Assembly: GCA_001595885.1 (NCBI GenBank)
Contig: LSSH01000059.1
Coordinates: 1-53,836 of the forward strand
From: Candidatus Proteinoplasmatales archaeon SG8-5
Lineage (GTDB): Archaea > Thermoplasmatota > Thermoplasmata > SG8-5
Direction: 5' to 3'
DNA: 53,836 nucleotides
The notes under the pieces: generated by a model
Told to the model about the DNA's origin: nothing
Seen by the model: only the letters and a program-made list of their open reading frames with translations
Database searches by the model: none
Shown here: in pieces, positions 1 through 9,494 of the stretch
Numbering within the stretch: position 1 is the stretch's first letter
Layout of the letters: each line of letters begins with the position of its first letter
Program-made: the position numbers and the translations under genes

Positions 1-1
1 C

Positions 2-178
2 GGGGGACTTAACCCGCGCGCCGAGGATGTGGTCCTGAAGGAAGGAATGGTCTTCACGGTCGAACCCGGCGTCTACGAGCCAGGATTCGGTGGGGTCCGC
101 ATCGAGGATGACGTTGTGGTGAGGAAGGGTGGTCCGGAGATACTCACAACTGCCAGCCGCGATGTCTTTGAACTCTGA
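2..178 (+). CDS. C-terminal fragment of an M24-family (Xaa-Pro peptidase/creatinase fold) metallopeptidase. The 5' end lies outside the window.
   Basis: The frame is open from the window edge and reads ...[39 protein letters not shown]... This is the conserved C-terminal EPG-x-Y / GGVRIED block of M24B peptidases. TGA stop at 176-178. Confidence 0.8.
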   Translation, partial: GGLNPRAEDVVLKEGMVFTVEPGVYEPGFGGVRIEDDVVVRKGGPEILTTASRDVFEL

Positions 179-620
179 CCCTGTATCTCGGCACCCTTTT
201 GGGTCGGGGCAAGCGCCTTGACCTCTGGACGACCTCCCAGATATAGCTGAGAACCCCGACCATCATGAGGATGAAGGCAGTGACGGTTAGCAGGATCGAT
301 GTTATCTGGTTCGGCAATATGTGAAAGTAACCCAGCAGTGAGATGAAGTACAGGACTATCCCGCCCTTGACGAAGAATAAGACCGTGTTAGGAATGTCCA
401 TGCTCGAGGCCCTGACGGGTCCCGAGTACGTGATCAGCAGGTAGCCGACACCGAAGACCATTGCCAGCGATATCACCGTGACCATGAATATGATCAGGCT
501 CGTATTGTTGAGGAGGTCGAAGTACTCGAGCATCAGTACGAACAGAATCATCATATACCCTCTTACCAGTAGCTTCAGTACCGGGGGAAAGGGGAATCTC
601 TTTTTATGCTCCTGAGTCAA
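144..620 (-). CDS. Hypothetical multi-pass membrane protein
   Basis: 158-aa ORF with four or five hydrophobic segments and a basic tail. TTG start at 620 is preceded by GGAGGTGA at 4-5 nt spacing. It overlaps the convergent peptidase 3' end by about 35 nt. Confidence 0.55.
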   Translation of the reverse strand: MTQEHKKRFPFPPVLKLLVRGYMMILFVLMLEYFDLLNNTSLIIFMVTVISLAMVFGVGYLLITYSGPVRASSMDIPNTVLFFVKGGIVLYFISLLGYFHILPNQITSILLTVTAFILMMVGVLSYIWEVVQRSRRLPRPKRVPRYRVRVQRHRGWQL

Positions 621-849
621 ACTATCACCTCCATTATAATATTATGTGATGAAGGGGTATAAATAAGTCATGTGGTGACCCCCAGGTTGTACACCAAAAC
701 ACCATTGCTTGGACATCGTGTGTATACTGGGCCATGGTTCGTGATTGTTTAAGAATCCTTGAACCGTTCTCTTAATGGTCTTCGTACATATTGATGTCGC
801 TCCCTTCATGTATTTATGGATGTATTGTATCCACCTCCGCGGTGATTGT

Positions 850-1860
850 TTGTCAGTCAAGGTGGCCATCAACGGTTACGGCACGATTGGTAAGCGTGTG
901 GCGGACGCCGTCACGCAGCAGGACGATATGGAGATCATAGGGGTAGTCAAGAGACGCCCCACGTTCGAGGCCAAGGACGCGATGAGGCTCGGTTTTCCGT
1001 TCTACGCTGCCGATGAGGAATTTATACCCGATCTCGAAAAGGCCGGTATCAAGGTGGGGGGGGTGCTCACCGAACTTCTGGAAAAATCTGACATTGTAAT
1101 GGATTGTACACCGAAAAAGGCCGGGTACAAGGAGCTTTACGAGAAGCACAACGTCAAGGCCATATGGCAGGGCGGGGAGAAGCACGAATTGACTGGCTTG
1201 TCCTTCAATACAATGGCGAATTATGAGGATGCCATTGGTGCTCAGTTCGCCAGGGTGGTGTCCTGTAACACAACCGGCCTTTGCAGAACGCTATATCCAG
1301 TCAAAGAAAGGTATGGCATAGAAAACGCTCTGGGCGTCATGGTGAGGCGCTCGGCCGACCCCTGGGACACCAAACGCGGGCCAATAAACGCGATCGAACC
1401 GGTCCTCAAGGTGCCGTCCCATCACGGTCCGGACGTTCAGACCGTCATGCCAGACCTTAACATCCAAACCACGGCCGTGAAGGTCCCGACCACGATAATG
1501 CACCTGCACTCGGTCATCGTAAAATTGAAGAGCCGGCCATCGAGCCAGGATATCGTTCAGCTGTGGGACGAGACGCCAAGAGTGGCCATGATCGACTCCA
1601 GCGAGGGCATCAAGTCCACCGCGCAGATAATGGAATGGGCGAAGGACCTGAACAGAAAGCGGGGAGACCTCTTCGAAATAGCCGTCTGGAAGGACGGCGT
1701 ACACGTTGTCGGAGACACACTGTATTATTACCAGGCCATCCACCAGGAGAGCGACGTGATACCGGAGAACATCGACTGCATAAGGGCGATGTGCGAGGTC
1801 GAGACCGACAAGTTCAAGTCAATTGAGAAGACCGACAAGGCGATGGGCCTAATCGCTTGA
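850..1860 (+). CDS. gap: Archaeal type II glyceraldehyde-3-phosphate dehydrogenase
   Basis: (M)[20 protein letters not shown]... Rossmann N-terminus and an SCNTT active-site block. The ORF-track ATG at 775 adds a non-conserved leader. TTG at 850 is preceded by GGTGAT; GTG at 862 is an alternative start. Confidence 0.9.
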   Translation: MSVKVAINGYGTIGKRVADAVTQQDDMEIIGVVKRRPTFEAKDAMRLGFPFYAADEEFIPDLEKAGIKVGGVLTELLEKSDIVMDCTPKKAGYKELYEKHNVKAIWQGGEKHELTGLSFNTMANYEDAIGAQFARVVSCNTTGLCRTLYPVKERYGIENALGVMVRRSADPWDTKRGPINAIEPVLKVPSHHGPDVQTVMPDLNIQTTAVKVPTTIMHLHSVIVKLKSRPSSQDIVQLWDETPRVAMIDSSEGIKSTAQIMEWAKDLNRKRGDLFEIAVWKDGVHVVGDTLYYYQAIHQESDVIPENIDCIRAMCEVETDKFKSIEKTDKAMGLIA

Positions 1861-1942
1861 TATTCGGTTCGATACCTTCAAATTAATTAAGTGATGGTGC
1901 GCCTTTGAATATTTAAAACGGCGCCGGCCACGTGGGGGTCAA

Positions 1943-2656
1943 TCACTTCTTCTTTTTATGACGCTTAATGGACTTGCTTGCCCTATTAACCACCCCGGCC
2001 AGCGTGTGGAACTCCCACTCTGACAGGTCGGCCCTTGCCACAATTTTCCGGAACATCACCTTGGTCTTCGCCTTCTTGTGCTCGGGATAGTTTATTTCCT
2101 CAAGGAGTGCGGCCCACAATTCATTGAGGGTTTCCTTTTCTCTCTCGCCGACCAGCGTCCTCGCCATGGGCTCCTTGTCAAGCCTGAAGAGCTCGTATAG
2201 GACCACTGTCACGGCATGCGACACGTTCATGATGGGATTAAGCTCGGCAGTGGGAACGGTGACCATGATGTCGCACTTTGCCAGTTCCTCGTTGCTGAGG
2301 CCCTGGTCCTCGCGACCGAAAACGAGGCCCACCCGCCCCTGCTTCTCGCCCACGTACTCCGCGAAGTCGCTCGGAGACATCGGATGCCGCAGGAATTTCC
2401 TCTCGTTGCCGCTGGGTATGCCCGATGTGCCTATGACCAGGTCGAGTCCCTGAATGGCCTCATCGAAGGTCTTGGTTATCTTGGCATTCTCGACGATGAA
2501 CCTGCCGTGCTTGGCAAATCTGTATGCATCGTCGTCCAGCTCACAGGGATTGAAGAGGACGAGCTCCTCCGCTCCGAAGTTGCTCATGCTCCTTGCCACG
2601 GAACCGATATTGCCGGCGATGAGGGGTTCGGCCAGTACCACGACGTACTCTGGCAT
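1943..2656 (-). CDS. SpoU/TrmH-family RNA 2'-O-methyltransferase (TrmJ-like)
   Basis: Motifs AGNIGSVARSMSNFG, LVFGREDQGLSNEE and the SPOUT-knot block NVSHAVTVVLYEL. Confidence 0.8.
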   Translation of the reverse strand: MPEYVVVLAEPLIAGNIGSVARSMSNFGAEELVLFNPCELDDDAYRFAKHGRFIVENAKITKTFDEAIQGLDLVIGTSGIPSGNERKFLRHPMSPSDFAEYVGEKQGRVGLVFGREDQGLSNEELAKCDIMVTVPTAELNPIMNVSHAVTVVLYELFRLDKEPMARTLVGEREKETLNELWAALLEEINYPEHKKAKTKVMFRKIVARADLSEWEFHTLAGVVNRASKSIKRHKKKK

Positions 2657-2677
2657 CGGCCGGCCATAACCGAAGGC

Positions 2678-2687
2678 ATTTATAAAT
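2678..2687. promoter_or_regulatory. Palindromic TATA box (ATTTATAAAT) shared by the divergent trmJ-like and truA genes
   Basis: It is the only AT-rich element in the 52-nt intergenic gap. Its centre lies 26-27 nt from both ATGs (2656 on the minus strand, 2709 on the plus strand). Confidence 0.6.
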
Positions 2688-2708
2688 CCATGTCATCGGC
2701 AGCGTTGC

Positions 2709-3446
2709 ATGAAGTACGCACTGAAGTTCGCCTATGACGGCCAAGCCTTTGAGGGATATGCCAGGCAACCCGGTATGAGGACTGTCGAGGGAGAGGTCAT
2801 CGAGACAATGCAAAGCCTCGGAATCATCGAGGACCCGAGATCAAACGCGTTTCAAAGCGCTAGCAGGACGGACAGGGGCGTTAGCGCTGCCGGCAACGTG
2901 ATCGCCGTAGTAACTGGCTTTGACAAAGACGCGCTGATACCCGCACTCAACTCGAAGCTCGATGGGGCCGTGTTCTGGGGCATTGCCCAGGTCGAAGGCG
3001 GCTTCAATGCCAGGCACGCCAGGGAGAGGTGGTACAGGTACATTCTCCACCGCACCAGAATGCCGGACCCTAATGAACTTCAAACAGCAGCCAACCAGTT
3101 CGTCGGTGAGCACGACTTTTGCGATTATGCAAAGAAGGACACAGGGGAGGAGAATACGGTTTTGACAATCAACTCCATTGATATCAATGGGAACGCTGAC
3201 TTCATCTTCATCGACATCAAAGCGGAACGATTCCTCTGGCAGATGGTGCGTCGACTCGTCTCTTCAATGATGGATGGAGGAACTGGACCAGCGCCGGCCG
3301 AGAACCTCATCCTCATGGATGTGGCCTATGATTTTCCGTTTAATGAACCGACCGAGAAAGGTACGCCCTTTCTTAAACATCACATCAGTGCCCGAACCCG
3401 TGCCGAAGCCATGAGCCAGATAGATAAAATCATTACATCCGCTTGA
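2709..3446 (+). CDS. truA: tRNA pseudouridine(38-40) synthase TruA
   Basis: MKYALKFAYDGQAFEGYARQPG... followed by SASRTDRGVSAAGNV, which contains the catalytic Asp motif. Confidence 0.9.
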   Translation: MKYALKFAYDGQAFEGYARQPGMRTVEGEVIETMQSLGIIEDPRSNAFQSASRTDRGVSAAGNVIAVVTGFDKDALIPALNSKLDGAVFWGIAQVEGGFNARHARERWYRYILHRTRMPDPNELQTAANQFVGEHDFCDYAKKDTGEENTVLTINSIDINGNADFIFIDIKAERFLWQMVRRLVSSMMDGGTGPAPAENLILMDVAYDFPFNEPTEKGTPFLKHHISARTRAEAMSQIDKIITSA

Positions 3447-4728
3447 GGGGTTTTGAAAGGTGCCGCCGGGAGCCGACTGGCGGCTCGTACCAGCCGGTTG
3501 AGGCGGCTCTCCGCAGAGCCCTGAACTCTGCCTCGTTTTCCCCGACCTTCTTCCCGCAACTGCATCTGTAACCCTGGTCTTTGCCTATGGATTTCATCCG
3601 CTTGCTGCACTTTGGGCACATGGGATTGGCGACCTTTTCCCTCACATTGGCCAGCTTCTGGATCCTGACTTTTTCGACGTTGATCGTGAAGGGCTTCTCC
3701 CTGACGCCGCCCATGACGAGAAGCCGGTCTCCGGGAACGAGGACCTCGCCAATCCTCCTGAAGGATTTGGCAGGTTCGTAGATGGTGCAATCGACAACGT
3801 TATGGCCATTTGATAACGAAAATATCAAATGACCGCCCTTAATCGTCCTCGGAGCTGAGGTGACGTTTCCTATCACGCTGACTGATGTAAACGGCTCCAA
3901 ACGTGATATTGATGTGCGAGTGATGTGGTCGTCCGTGCCCTGGTTGGTGAGGAAAATCATATGCCTGGCTATTCTTTCCGACCTCACGGCGGCGGCTGCC
4001 TCGGGCAGGTCTTGTTCCTTATCCCCCCGGATGCCGTACAAGATCGGGCAGGGCGAGGCCGGTGCGATGACCATGTGCATCTCCTCGTAATCGTAGTTGT
4101 TGAATGTCGTGGGAAAGGCCCTGTCCATCTTCCTGACGCTGGCCTCATTGATGTTCCGGGGCTTGCCCCACATTATCTGCTCCCTATAAGCTATCAGTTC
4201 ATGCGTAGGGGCCCGAGGCCGCCAGGCAACTGCCGATATTGCTCCTATAAGGCCTCGGTTGTTCTTCCAGCCTTTCGAGAATTCGGGCTTGGCCAAGGCC
4301 ATGTGCCGTTTGAGGTCAACAACCTCCCTGACAGCCCCCCAGTACAATGCCTGGGGAGGTTTCCTACTTGTCATTATTAGGCCTGGATTGGTGTTGGCGT
4401 CTTCGAACATTGCCAGGTCCTCGATGACCCTGCAGGCGCGTTCGTAATGACCCTCCGTCGGCTTGGTGTTTGTACCCGACGGGAAGCATTCGACAGGTTT
4501 CCCGTCCAACTCTCCGATGGTCTTGGGCCTTCCTGAGCCGTTGCCCAGCTTCAGAGCTATGGCCCCGTTCCCCCTGGTCTTCCACGGCACGTTGGGGTTC
4601 AGCCGGACCAGGCGCGGGTGTTCCAGTAGGTCGAACTCGCCGAACTCCCTTATCAGCTCTGTTGCCAGGTATGTCGTGCACATGCCCCTGACAGAATCCG
4701 TGTCGTCAACCCCGATGTATATGCCAAT
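3433..4728 (-). CDS. tiaS: tRNA(Ile2) 2-agmatinylcytidine synthetase TiaS. The start codon is unresolved.
   Basis: GMCTTYL, RLNPNVPWKTRGNGA, and a C-terminal zinc ribbon (CPKCSKRMKS...CSCG). The first ATG is at 4683, but the conserved G-V-DDTDS motif is encoded upstream of it, at 4713-4693. The 5' limit given is the first near-cognate codon (ATT) after the in-frame TGA. Confidence 0.85.
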   Translation of the reverse strand: MGIYIGVDDTDSVRGMCTTYLATELIREFGEFDLLEHPRLVRLNPNVPWKTRGNGAIALKLGNGSGRPKTIGELDGKPVECFPSGTNTKPTEGHYERACRVIEDLAMFEDANTNPGLIMTSRKPPQALYWGAVREVVDLKRHMALAKPEFSKGWKNNRGLIGAISAVAWRPRAPTHELIAYREQIMWGKPRNINEASVRKMDRAFPTTFNNYDYEEMHMVIAPASPCPILYGIRGDKEQDLPEAAAAVRSERIARHMIFLTNQGTDDHITRTSISRLEPFTSVSVIGNVTSAPRTIKGGHLIFSLSNGHNVVDCTIYEPAKSFRRIGEVLVPGDRLLVMGGVREKPFTINVEKVRIQKLANVREKVANPMCPKCSKRMKSIGKDQGYRCSCGKKVGENEAEFRALRRAASTGWYEPPVGSRRHLSKPLKRM

Positions 4729-4731
4729 CCC

Positions 4732-5619
4732 TCACTTTGTAATCTTGGTCACCTGGCCGCACTCACATTCTATGACGTCGGCGCGCTCAACGTGGCGCTT
4801 GCACTTCGGGCACCTGGCAACGTTCTTGAAGAAGTAGTCGAGCCACGCCTCCCTCACCTCTTCCTCGTCCTCTTTCTCAATCTTCTCCACCATTGCCAGG
4901 TCGCCATCCTTTATCGTCATATTCCTGAGGACGTCGTAATCCAGGTTGACCTCCTTCTTTTCCCTCTTCTTCACGATGAGGGGCGCGATCACGATGCCGC
5001 TGACGATTCCTCCCACGTGAGCAATATGTGCCACGCCGTCGTCTATTGATATCATCACCAGAAAGGTCTCGACCACGAACATGATGCCGACGGCCAGCCA
5101 CACCGGCGCCCTGGTGGTGAAGAAGAAGCCGAGGATCATCGGTATCCTGTCCCTCGGATAGAGTATCAAAAACGCGCCGCCGATGCCGAATATCGCCCCG
5201 GACGCGCCGAGGAGGTGGGATTCCGAATCCATGTGGAGGAAGTAGAAGCTGAGGGTGGCAACGATGCCTGTGACGAAGTAGATGACCCCCCAGTTCCGGG
5301 TGCCGATGCGCTCTTCCAGGGGGAGTCCGAGGAGATAGAGTATCAACACGTTTCCGAGGAGATGTGCCGCGTTCGCGTGCATGAACATCGAGGTGATCAT
5401 GGTGGGTATGTACTCTAACTGGCCGAAACGCGCCGGCACGAAGGTCTGGTAATCAACAAGGCTCTGGGAGAGTGCGTAATCCGACGCATCCAATGCGAAT
5501 TGGTAAATGAAGATGATGATGTTGGCGATCACGAACATCTGGGATAGGTACGCCTTCCTCCAGATAACAACAATAATCGAGACTATGATGATGGCCGGGA
5601 TTGGGAGGATCTCCAACAT
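4732..5619 (-). CDS. Rhomboid-family intramembrane serine protease with a C-terminal zinc ribbon
   Basis: HANAAHLLGN (H-x4-H-x2-N), the catalytic Ser block GASGAIFG and the catalytic His block AHIAHVGG. Six or more TM segments. C-terminal CPKC...CEC. Confidence 0.85.
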   Translation of the reverse strand: MLEILPIPAIIIVSIIVVIWRKAYLSQMFVIANIIIFIYQFALDASDYALSQSLVDYQTFVPARFGQLEYIPTMITSMFMHANAAHLLGNVLILYLLGLPLEERIGTRNWGVIYFVTGIVATLSFYFLHMDSESHLLGASGAIFGIGGAFLILYPRDRIPMILGFFFTTRAPVWLAVGIMFVVETFLVMISIDDGVAHIAHVGGIVSGIVIAPLIVKKREKKEVNLDYDVLRNMTIKDGDLAMVEKIEKEDEEEVREAWLDYFFKNVARCPKCKRHVERADVIECECGQVTKITK

Positions 5620-5629
5620 GTGAGGGCCC

Positions 5630-6463
5630 CTAAGTGTATCTGCCGTCTATGAGGTCGTTAATGTATCTGGACAGGACGTTCAACTCGCCCACGTCGCCCT
5701 TCCAGTCCCTGAGCAGGACCTCGTAGTCGTCCTCGATCTCGTCTATCGCCTTCGAGATTTGGGGTCTGAACGGCTCTATCTCCTCTCCAATGACGACGGC
5801 GGCTATCGTGATGAACCTGCCCCTGCCTATAAGGACCTGGAAGCGTCCGAACTTCATCTGGTCCAGCTCTCCGCCCTCGCCCCTGAAGGAGTCCTTCACA
5901 AAGTCCTGAACGGCCGTCAGCATGCCGCTGAGTATGTCCTGGTCCACGTCGGGCTTTAGGCGGCGGGTGAAGTGCTTGATGAGGCGCCCGTCACGGGACA
6001 TCAGGAACACCTCGTCTATAATGGCCCTCTCGACCCTCAGTTTCTTTCCGCAATGGGGGCAGGACTTCCATTCTTCCTCCACCTTCTTTGCACAGTGGGG
6101 GCAGTTTATGGTCTTGGGCGGTGGAGGCGCGGGTTGCAGCACCGGTTGGGGAGCAGGTATCGGATAGGTTCGCGGTGGCTGTTGCGGGGTGGCTGAAGCG
6201 TCGCAGTGAGGGCACTTCGGCAAAGTCTTGAGGACCTTCCTCTTACAGGTCGCGCAGGTGAGCAATTTACCCTTTGGCCTGAACGCGATATAGATGATGA
6301 TGCCGAGTAAGGGAATGGCCCAGACGACGATGAACCATAAAGCGACCCTGAGTGCGCTTTTCTCGGCCGCCCCCCTGTTGACGCAATCGAAATAAGTCCA
6401 TATGGCCAGTACGAGGTTCGGGAACAGAAAAACCAGGCATATTGTCAGGATCGCTTCGATCAT
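5630..6463 (-). CDS. Membrane protein with a PLD-nuclease-N-like TM hairpin, two zinc ribbons, a Pro-rich linker and a C-terminal roadblock/longin-like domain
   Basis: N-terminal WFIVVWAIPLLGIIIYIAFRPKGK hairpin, then CATCKRK..CPHC and CPHCAKK..CPHCGKK, then PQQPPRTYPIPAPQPVLQPAPPPP. The alpha/beta tail assignment is by resemblance only. Confidence 0.5.
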   Translation of the reverse strand: MIEAILTICLVFLFPNLVLAIWTYFDCVNRGAAEKSALRVALWFIVVWAIPLLGIIIYIAFRPKGKLLTCATCKRKVLKTLPKCPHCDASATPQQPPRTYPIPAPQPVLQPAPPPPKTINCPHCAKKVEEEWKSCPHCGKKLRVERAIIDEVFLMSRDGRLIKHFTRRLKPDVDQDILSGMLTAVQDFVKDSFRGEGGELDQMKFGRFQVLIGRGRFITIAAVVIGEEIEPFRPQISKAIDEIEDDYEVLLRDWKGDVGELNVLSRYINDLIDGRYT

Positions 6464-6603
6464 CGAGTCGACATAATTTGCGGAGTTGATATAAATCTAT
6501 CGATATTGATGGACGCTGTTACCTGAATAATTGTCGTTATTTCTATACCAGACCCTCGGAGACGCCTACCGTTTGTTTATTATCCACACCCCAATACTGA
6601 TGT

Positions 6604-7173
6604 GTGAATCCCGACCCTGACATCAAAATCGAAGTGGACGAAGGCGTTTATGAGCCTTCGGAGGACACATACCTGCTGTTGGAATCCGTATGTGTTGCTA
6701 AAGGTGAGAGGGTGCTCGAGGTGGGGACCGGTTCCGGCATCATCGCCCTCAACTGCGCAAAGGCCGGGGCACGTGTTGTGGCCTCAGATATCTCTGAAGA
6801 GGCGGTGGCCAACGCTAAATCGAATTCTATGAAGAACGGCATAGGTCTCGATGTTCGCCGTTCTGACCTGTTCGGAGGGTTGGAGGGTAGGTTCGACGCT
6901 ATCATATTCAACCCCCCTTACCTGGCCTCTGATGTCGGTCCGGAGGACGCCCGCTTGAGTGGGGGAACCTCGGGTTCGGAGCTTTCCATCAGATTCCTGG
7001 ATGAGGTGGGAGGCGTGTTGAATCCGGGGGGTCGCGTCTATCTACTTACATCCTCACTGAGCTCCCGCGATGTTATTGCCAGGGCTAAAGAGTTGTACAA
7101 GGTCGAATGTGTGGGCTCGAAGGACCTGTTCTTCGAGCGGCTCGAGGTCCATCTGCTAACAGATAAAGATTAA
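6604..7173 (+). CDS. HemK/Mtq2-like N5-glutamine (release factor) methyltransferase
   Basis: SAM motif VLEVGTGSGIIAL and the catalytic NPPY motif (IIFNPPYL). GTG start. Confidence 0.8.
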   Translation: MNPDPDIKIEVDEGVYEPSEDTYLLLESVCVAKGERVLEVGTGSGIIALNCAKAGARVVASDISEEAVANAKSNSMKNGIGLDVRRSDLFGGLEGRFDAIIFNPPYLASDVGPEDARLSGGTSGSELSIRFLDEVGGVLNPGGRVYLLTSSLSSRDVIARAKELYKVECVGSKDLFFERLEVHLLTDKD

Positions 7174-7214
7174 ATACTGGCTCGGCGTTTTCATGACATC
7201 CAAGGGGGATACGG

Positions 7215-8153
7215 TTGAAGACGGCCATTATTGCTATCGGCGGTAACGCCCTTATCAAGGAAGGCGAGGAGGGTACAATCTACCAGCAGTTCGCCAATGC
7301 CAGGGATACGTGCGCGACCCTGATGGACATCGTCAAGGATGGGTATGAGATAGTACTGACCCACGGTAACGGCCCGCAGGTCGGCTTCGCCCTGAGAAGG
7401 CACGAGAGGTCCCGCGACGTTATCCCGCCCTATCCCTTGGGCGTCTGCGTGGCCGAGACCGTGGGCTCGATGGGCTACATGCTGCAGCAGACAATGCAGA
7501 ATACTGTCAAGCGGGTTGGCCTTGGGAAGGACACGGTCACGGTCATAACACAGGTGGTCGTCGACGCGGACGACTCCTCCTTCTCGAATCCCACCAAACC
7601 GATCGGCCAATATTTTTCAAAAGACGAGATCGATGTCAAGGTCAGGGAAGAGGGTTGGGACGTTGTGGAGGCCGGCACGCGAGGCTGGCGCAGGGTGGTG
7701 CCGTCCCCCAGGCCCATCCGCGTCGTCGAGAAGGACACGATAGGCCATCTGCTGGAGAGGGGGAAGATAGTCATCGCCTGCGGCGGCGGGGGCCTGCCAG
7801 TCATTGAACTAGAGGATGGTTCCCTCGACGGTGTCGAGGCCGTTGTGGACAAGGACTATGCCTCGTCCAAGCTGGCCCAGCAATTGGGCGTTGACGACTT
7901 CATCATATTGACGAACGTTGACAAGGTTTGCATCGATTATGGCAAGCCTGACCAGAAGGAACTCGACTCCCTAGACCTTTCCGATGCAAAGGGCCACCTC
8001 GAGGACGGGCAGTTCCCGCCGGGCTCGATGGGGCCGAAAATCGAGGCTGCCATCGAATTCCTCGAGAACGGAGGGAAGAGGGTCGTAATTACGTCCCACG
8101 GTTCACTGGTGGAAGCGGTTCGCGGCAACGCCGGCACCCATATCACCAGGTGA
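7215..8153 (+). CDS. arcC: Carbamate kinase
   Basis: IIAIGGNALIKEGE, VLTHGNGPQVG, and GGGGLPV. TTG start preceded by AAGGGGGA. Confidence 0.9.
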   Translation: MKTAIIAIGGNALIKEGEEGTIYQQFANARDTCATLMDIVKDGYEIVLTHGNGPQVGFALRRHERSRDVIPPYPLGVCVAETVGSMGYMLQQTMQNTVKRVGLGKDTVTVITQVVVDADDSSFSNPTKPIGQYFSKDEIDVKVREEGWDVVEAGTRGWRRVVPSPRPIRVVEKDTIGHLLERGKIVIACGGGGLPVIELEDGSLDGVEAVVDKDYASSKLAQQLGVDDFIILTNVDKVCIDYGKPDQKELDSLDLSDAKGHLEDGQFPPGSMGPKIEAAIEFLENGGKRVVITSHGSLVEAVRGNAGTHITR

Positions 8154-8265
8154 GTGGAACCACTTCTGCAACTGATATGGAAGGGGCAGCCTATGCCAAT
8201 ATCATGAACGCCCATAATCACCAGGGCGGAAATGTTTTAGGCCTTCCAGTCTTCAGCAATGGCGC

Positions 8266-8964
8266 ATGATCAAGGGCATCACCGAGACCTCGTTCCTCGA
8301 CTGGGACGGCAAGATCGTCATGGTCCTTTACACGGGCGTTTGTAATTATAGATGCCCCTTCTGTCACAACTGGGAGCTGATGGAGAATCCCGAAAGGTTC
8401 CCCGATAAGAGTTGGGAGGAAATCAAAGCCTTCCTGACTGAGCACGTTGACTTCCTGGACGGTGTGTGCATCACAGGCGGGGAACCGACCCTCGAGAAGG
8501 AACTGGAGCACTGGATAGTCCGCATCAGGGAGCTGGGACTCAAAGTGAAACTGGATACGAACGGCTCGGTCCCTGGTGTCTTGGATGATTTGATCGAAAA
8601 GCGTCTGCTGGATGCCGTCGCGATGGACGTCAAGGCCCCTCCGGATGAGAGATATTCGGGGGCCTGCGGTACAGATGTTGACCTTGATGCCATAGTACAA
8701 TCCATCAGATTGGTTAGCGAATCCGGCGTGGAGCACGAGTTCAGGACGACGGTGGTGCCGACGATACACCAAATCGAGGACATAACCGACATCGCCAGGG
8801 CACTGTCCGGAGCTGAGAAGTACGTGCTGCAGCAGTTCAACCCCGCAAACACCTGGGATGAGGAACTGAGGAAGATCGTCCCGTATCCCAACGACGTTCT
8901 CCTGGACATGGCCAACGCTGCAAAGGAGCACGTCAAAGAGGTGCGTGTCAGAGGATTGAGGTGA
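8266..8964 (+). CDS. Radical SAM activating enzyme (NrdG / glycyl-radical activase family)
   Basis: SFLDWDGKIVMVLYTGVCNYRCPFCHN (CxxxCxxC cluster) and GVCITGGEPT. No NrdD partner lies in the window. Confidence 0.7.
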   Translation: MIKGITETSFLDWDGKIVMVLYTGVCNYRCPFCHNWELMENPERFPDKSWEEIKAFLTEHVDFLDGVCITGGEPTLEKELEHWIVRIRELGLKVKLDTNGSVPGVLDDLIEKRLLDAVAMDVKAPPDERYSGACGTDVDLDAIVQSIRLVSESGVEHEFRTTVVPTIHQIEDITDIARALSGAEKYVLQQFNPANTWDEELRKIVPYPNDVLLDMANAAKEHVKEVRVRGLR

Positions 8965-9036
8965 GAACCTCAGCCCTCATGAAACCTGTTGTTTGTAGTC
9001 GGGCTACCTAATTGGTACACAAGGAATATCGATTGT

Positions 9037-9486
9037 TTATTCGTACACCCAGGGTTCGTCAATCCTCGAATAGTCCATTATCTCGTTTTCCGAGAAGAAG
9101 AGGGCTATCTCACGGGCCGCGCTCTCGGTGGAATCGGATGCGTGGATTATGTTCCTGCCCGTTTCCATGCCGAAGTCTCCGCGTATCGTGCCGGGGTCGG
9201 CCTCCTGCGGATTTGTCTTGCCAACCACGGTCCTGACGCAGGAAACTGCGTTCTTCCCTTCGAAAACGGTGGCCAGCACCGGTCCGGAAGTGATGTAGCT
9301 TATCAACGGTTCGTAGAATGGCTTGCCGACGTGCTCCCCGTAATGCTTTGAAGCGAGTTCGCCGTCTATGTGCAGCATCCTCGCGGCCACCAGCTTCAGG
9401 CCCTTTGTCTCTAGCCGGGATATGACCTGCCCTACGATTGCCCTTTGAACGCCGTCCGGCTTGATCATGACGAAAGTTCGTTCCAT
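9037..9486 (-). CDS. ndk: Nucleoside diphosphate kinase
   Basis: [14 protein letters not shown] and NIIHASDS, which contains the catalytic His. Confidence 0.95.
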   Translation of the reverse strand: MERTFVMIKPDGVQRAIVGQVISRLETKGLKLVAARMLHIDGELASKHYGEHVGKPFYEPLISYITSGPVLATVFEGKNAVSCVRTVVGKTNPQEADPGTIRGDFGMETGRNIIHASDSTESAAREIALFFSENEIMDYSRIDEPWVYE

Positions 9487-9494
9487 TGGCTCAC

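Noticed and set aside
642-872. A 76-aa minus-strand ORF, and the ATG-775 extension of gap
   Set aside because: GAPDH homology starts at ...[11 protein letters not shown] at 850 has a GGTGAT site, and the upstream extension and the antisense ORF have no supporting features.
4732-4734. TGA between the rhomboid gene and tiaS as a recoded sense codon (selenocysteine or Trp reassignment)
   Set aside because: TGA is the ordinary stop of many conserved genes in this window, including the M24 peptidase, gap, the AAA+ ATPase and eif2g, all at positions consistent with normal C-termini. I saw no obvious stem-loop that would act as a SECIS downstream.
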